Shown here piece by piece: positions 51,398 to 56,590 of a stretch of DNA of 56,590 nucleotides. A model generated the notes under the pieces. The model had not been told where the DNA came from, did no database searches, and saw nothing but the letters and a program-made list of their open reading frames with translations. The first letter of the stretch is position 1. Each line of letters begins with the position of its first letter. A program made the translations under genes and the position numbers. Origin of the DNA: Vicugna vicugna (taxonomy: Eukaryota). The stretch is taken from the NCBI GenBank assembly GCA_013265495.1, contig MU057507.1, positions 26,700 through 83,289 of the forward strand. Direction: 5' to 3'.

Positions 51398-51785
51398 TGT
51401 TGTAGGCAAAATAATGGCCCCCAAAAGATGTCTATGTCCTAAGGCCCAGAACCTGTGAATGTATTATGTCAGATTGTATTAGTCAGTAGGCCCAAATGGA
51501 AACACAAGGATCCTTAAAAATAGAAGAGGGGGCAGAAAAGTCAGTGTCAGAATGATGCGACAAGAGAAAAATTCAACTGGCCATTGCTGGCTTAGAAGCT
51601 GAAAAGGGCTCACAATCCAATTAATGTGGGCATCCTCTAAAAGCTGGAAAAGGCAATAAAACAAATTACACCCCCTTGAGCCTCCAGAAAGTAAAACAAG
51701 CCTGCCAACACCTTCGTTTTAGCCAAGAGAGACCAGTCCGAAACTTCTGATCTGCAGAGTTATAACATAATAAAGTTGGGTTTGT
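51398..51785 (+). mobile_element. MaLR LTR (MLT1D-like), right end interrupted
   Basis: tgttgtaggcaaaataatggccccc...gatgtctatgtcctaa...agaacctgtgaat...gagcctccagaaag...acttctgatctgcagag. Confidence 0.88.
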
Positions 51786-51794
51786 TTGTCTGTA

Positions 51795-52903
51795 TTTAAT
51801 TGAAGTATAGTTGATTTACAATATTACATTAGTTTCAGGTGTACAGCATAGTGATTCAATATTTTTATAGATTATACTCCATTTAAAGTTATTATAAAAT
51901 ATTGGCTACATTCCCTGCACTGTATAATATATACTTGTGGCTTATCTATTTTATACATAGTAGTTTGTACCTCTTAATCCCCTACCACTAACTTGCCCCT
52001 CCCCACTTCCTTCTCCTTGCTGGTAACCACTAGTTTGTCCTCTATATCTGAGAGTCTGTTTCTGCTTTGTTACATTCCCTAGTTTGCTTTATTTTTTTAA
52101 GTGTCCAATCCACTAGCATTAAGTACATTCACATTGTTGTGCAACCAACTCCAGAATTCTTTTCATCTTAAAAAACTGAAACTGTATACCCACTAAACAA
52201 TCACTCCTCATTCCATTCTTCCCCCAGCTCCTGGCAACCACCATTTCATTGTCTGTCTCTGTGAATTTGACTACTCTGGGTACCTCATGTAAGTGAATTC
52301 ATGCACTATTTGTCTTTTTATGACTTACTTATTTCACTTAGCAATGTCCTCAAGTTTCATCCAAGTTGTAGCATGGGAAATGTAGAATTTCCTACCTTTT
52401 CAAGGCTGAATAACATTCTATTATATAGATATACCACATTTTGCTTATCCATTCATTTGTTGATGGACACTTGACTTGCTTCCGTCTTTAGGCTATTGTG
52501 AATAATGCTGCTACGAACATGGATGTGCAAATATCTCTGAGATCCTGATTTGAATTCTTTTGGGTATATATTCAGAAGTGAGATTGCTGGATTATATAAT
52601 AATTCTATTTTCAGTCTTTTTGAGGAAACTCCACATTGTTTTCTGCAGCAGCTGCATCATCTTACATTCTCACCAACAGTGCACAATGGCTCTAATTTCT
52701 CTACATCCTTGCCAGTGCTTGTTTTTTTCTGTTTTTTTTTTTTTGATGGGACCCATCTTAACAGGTGTGAGGTGGTATCCCATTCTGGGTTTGATTTACT
52801 TTTCCCTAATAATTAAGGGTATTACACATCCTTTTATGTGCCTATTGGCCATTTGTATATCTTCTTTGGAGAAGCATTTATTCAAGTCCTTTGCTCATTT
52901 TTA
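51795..52903 (-). mobile_element. Two adjacent antisense L1 3' ends (about 51795-52095 and 52098-52903)
   Basis: ttgaagtatagttgatttacaatatt; gcattaagtacattcacattgttgtgcaacc...ggctattgtgaataatgctgc...ttcaagtcctttgctcatttt. Confidence 0.9.
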
Positions 52904-52904
52904 A

Positions 52905-53560
52905 TAACAAAAATACACTGACAATACCTGGCGAGGTTTCAGAGCAACTGGAACTTATATACATTGATGTTGGGAAAGCAAAACAGTAAATCTTTCTCTT
53001 TGGAAAATAATTTGCCAGTTTCTTATAAATTTAACTATATAACTTATGACTCAACCACCTCACTCTTATGTATTTATTCAAAAGAAACAAAAACATATAT
53101 CCACAAAGACCTACCAAAAAATTCTTATAGCAGTTTTTTCAAAAGAGATAACAAATCAGGATCAAATCAAAATTCCCATCAACTAATGAATGATCAAATT
53201 GTGGTGCATTTATCCAACAAAACACAATTTAGCAATGAAAGGAATGAACTACTTATATATGCCACAACATGGATAAGTCTCAAAAGCATTTTCCTATGTG
53301 AAAGAAGGCAGACACAAAAGGCTGTATATCCTATGATTGCAGTTTTATAACTTTCTGGAAAAGGCAGACCTATAAAGGGGAGAAATCAGATTGGTGGTCA
53401 CAGGGATGTGTGAAAGGCATTGATTGCAAAGGAGTAAACAGAGACTTTTGGGGGTGATGAAAATATTCTATACATTGATGTGATGGTGACTAAATGACTA
53501 TATATTTGTTAAAACTCAGAACTGTACATATAACAAGGTAAACTTTACTGTATAATACCT
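52905..53560 (+). mobile_element. Old L1 (L1ME/MC-like) ORF2 end and 3' UTR, possibly the 3' end of the 47720-51397 element
   Basis: ORF 52964-53350 retains YDS...LLCIYSKETKTYIHK...NERNELLIYATTWISLK; ttttgggggtgatgaaaatattcta. Confidence 0.82.
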
Positions 53561-55135
53561 CAACAGTCCTGTCTTTTTTAAAAGGACAATAAAAAATAAA
53601 CTGTGGGAATCCATTTTAGGTTCTTGGGCAGGAAAGTGATGGATAAAGGGGGTCTTTTATCTAATTTCTTTCTAAATATTAGATTTTTGCAGGATAGATT
53701 AGAAAGAAGAGTAGAGGTTTGATAGACCAGTTGGGGAATGCCGAATAATTCAGGTGTTAGGTAGTGAGGAATACCAAGAGTTATCCTAAAATATTTGAAA
53801 ATTTGTATTTTCAAAGCAAGTTTATACTTATTCTGGGTAGTTCCAGAGGGTAACTAAAAACAACTAGAGCTTTTCTGAAACTTAATATGTCTGTACATCA
53901 GAGAGCTCACCATTATGAAAATTCAGTAAACTGGATATTCACAAGTTTGAGAGGCTATAAACTGCAGGGGGTCGAATGGCAGAGTAAGAGAAAAAGAGAG
54001 CAATTTTTAATCTTTATTTTTGCTACTCCTAGTGATTCCACACTTTTTTTTTCCCTGACATCCCCATTATGTTCTAATTTTTCCTTTGGAAGCCAGACTC
54101 CCAGATAACCCAGACTCAAATAGTCCAGAGAATTTGAAGAGTCTCCGTTCAACAATATTTGCTCTTAAGAGCTTAAGACAAACTCAGGCAGCAGTATTCT
54201 CCTGCATCAAAATTTAGGAAACTGGTAGACAACAGCTCAAGGTGGGCTCTAAGCAGCTGATTTAATCTGTTTCAAAGGGTAGAGCTATAGCAGGCATGAT
54301 TTCACTTAGAGTCCTGGAGCATAATCAAGGTGTCATTTAACATTGGGTCAGTGCAGGGTAGCCTTTTCTCTACATTCTGTTCAACATTCAGCTAGAACTG
54401 TGATTCCTCAAGTCTAGCTTAGGCTCATGCAAAGTTTTCAGGGGAAGACATAGAGGTTTTTCTTTTCTTCAAATAGTACTCAGTTTTCTAAAGCAATAAT
54501 TTTCTCTTTCCCTGAAGGCTTGGGAGGAAAATTCCTTATTCCTACACTTGCTTTTTTAAAACTATCTGCAATAGGCTATTTCACCAGTGTTCAGAAGTGA
54601 GGATGCCCTATCTTCTACCTACCAAAACTTTTCAAAGATACAAGGATATGTGTCTTGCCACATCCCATCCATGTTGGACAATGTCAGGTGACATTTTTTT
54701 ATTTAACATCATGACAGTTATGAAACAATGAAGACATTAGATCTCTCCTAACATAAACAATTCTTTTCCTTCTGAAAGTATTATGGGCTCTTCTCAAAAT
54801 ACCAACACTATGAGGTTTCAGCTGAGGTAACTGACTTGAGATATCTGCTTTCCTTCCCCAGATCCTTTCACAGTCCATTAAGTAAGGTTAGGGCTGCCCT
54901 GAAGTTTAGGTTTGGGGTCTTTAGGGAATGGCTACTGGGTCCTGGAACAATAAGGGAATGTGGGTTATTGGCAATATTCCCTAGATGATAGTATCCCCTT
55001 ACTTCATGCAACAGGCATCACTCCCCCCACCCAGAAAAGTTGTTTTATTTTTACAAACCAAATACTTTGAAAATGCACCAAGAGAATGATCTTAATAATA
55101 GAAAGATAACTCCAATCAAAAGACATAGGGTGGCT

Positions 55136-55718
55136 TCCATTGTTCATAGCAGCACAATTTACAATAGCCAAGACATGGAAACAACCCAGATGTCCACTTA
55201 CAGATGACTGGATAAAGAAGTTGTACTATATATACACAATGAAACACTACTCGGCCATAAAAAATAATAAAATAATGCTATTTGCAGCAACATGGATGGA
55301 GCTGGAGATTGTCATTCTAAGTGAAGTAAGCCAGAAAGAGAAAGAAAAATATCATATGATATCACTTATATGTGGAATCTTAAAAAAAAAGATACAAATG
55401 AACTTATTTACACAACAGAAACAGACTCACAGACACAGAAAACAAACTTATGGTTACCCGGGGGGTGGTGGGGAACAGGGTGGTAAGGGATAAATTGGGA
55501 GTTGGAGATGTGCAGATACTAACTACTAAATATAAAATAGATAAACAACAAGTTTATACTGTATACTACAGGGAGCTATATTCAATATCTCATAGTAACC
55601 TATAATGGAAAAGAATATGAAAAGGAATATATGTGTGTATATGTATGACTGAAACATTATGCTGTGCACCAGAAATTGATACAACCTTGTAAACTAACTA
55701 TACTTCAATAAAAAAAGA
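55136..55718 (+). mobile_element. 5'-truncated L1 3' end nested in an L1 endonuclease domain, 18-bp TSD
   Basis: ORF 55140-55493 is the ORF2 C-terminus; TSD aaaagacatagggtggct 55118-55135 vs aaaaggcatagggtggct 55719-55736. Confidence 0.95.
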
Positions 55719-56238
55719 AAAAGGCATAGGGTGGCTAAATGGATTAAAAAAATGGTCCATATATATGCTGCCTACAAGAGACTCACTTCAGAGCTAAAGA
55801 CACACAAATTGAAAGTGAAAGGATGGAAAAATATATTCCATGCATATCAAAGTGAAAAGAAAGCTGGGGTAACAATACTCATATATGACAAAATAGACTT
55901 TAAAACAAAGTCTATAACAGACATAAAGAAGAACTTTATATAATTATAAAAGGGTCAATATGAGAAAAGGACATAACATTCATAAACACATATACACCTA
56001 ACATAGAAACAAACACATGGAGACTAAGTAACATGCTACTAAAAGGAAAATCAATGGATTAACAAAGAAATTAAAGAGGAAATCAAAAAATACCTTGAGG
56101 TGAATGAAAATAGAAGCACAACTTTTTAAAATCTATGGGATGCAGCAAAATGAGTTCTATGAGGAAAGTTTATAGTGACTCCAAACTCATTTTACAAGGC
56201 CAGCATTACTTGGATACCAAAACCAGACAAAGACACTA

Positions 56239-56342
56239 CAAGAAAGAAAGAAAGGAATTGAGAAAGAGAGAAAGAAAGAAAGGAAGAAAGAAAGGAAGAA
56301 AGGAAGAAAGGAAGAAATGAAGGAAGAAAGAGAAAGGAAGGA

Positions 56343-56393
<51 letters not shown>

Positions 56394-56446
56394 GAAGGAA
56401 GGAAGGAAGGAAGGAAGGAAGAAAGAAAGAAAAGAAAGAAAGAAAA
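56239..56446. repeat. Compound (GAAA)n/(GGAA)n microsatellite expanded inside L1 ORF2
   Basis: Directly visible; flanks read ...KDTT / ENYRPISL. Confidence 0.95.
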
Positions 56447-56590
56447 TTACAGGCCAATATCCCTCATAAACATATATGAAAAAATCCACAACAAAATATT
56501 AACAAACTTAATTCAACAATACATTAAAAGGATCATCTGGGTCTTCCCTCTCCAATTGAGAGGCCAGCGGGACGGAGAGGGAGCCTCCAA

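Larger units (their letters stand above)
55108..56537 (+). mobile_element. L1 ORF2 fragment (endonuclease to linker) with internal deletions, hosting a nested L1
   Basis: PIKRHRVA/KWIKK, LKVKGWKNIFHA...KKAGVTILIYDKIDFK, then SITWIPKPDKDTT...ENYRPISLIN. Confidence 0.9.

Overview
AT-rich, repeat-dense eutherian genomic DNA. The young L1 3' ends look camelid/cetartiodactyl-like (recalled, not searched), and I saw no Alu, B1, Bov-A, PRE-1 or Can-SINE. The only recognisable host genes are two convergent class II, OR11-like olfactory receptor genes, both disrupted: + strand 14357-15305 (+1 T frameshift, HFFCD>HFFRD) and - strand 32918-31993 (ATG>GTG, 1-nt deletion, DRY>DQY). Between them lie a near-full-length decayed mariner transposase (22913-21389, - strand) that the ORF track misses, and a cluster of homeodomain and O/E (EBF) sites with two identically spaced Lhx2/Ebf-type composite motifs (25601-25652), a candidate OR enhancer. 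That cluster sits inside a ~2.1 kb segment with inverted arms and an internal direct repeat. The rest is nested L1, L2, MIR, MaLR LTR, hAT MITEs and microsatellites. Repeat boundaries and subfamily names are by eye and approximate. No intact novel protein-coding gene, RNA gene or CRISPR array is supported, and I cannot establish a new biological system from sequence alone.
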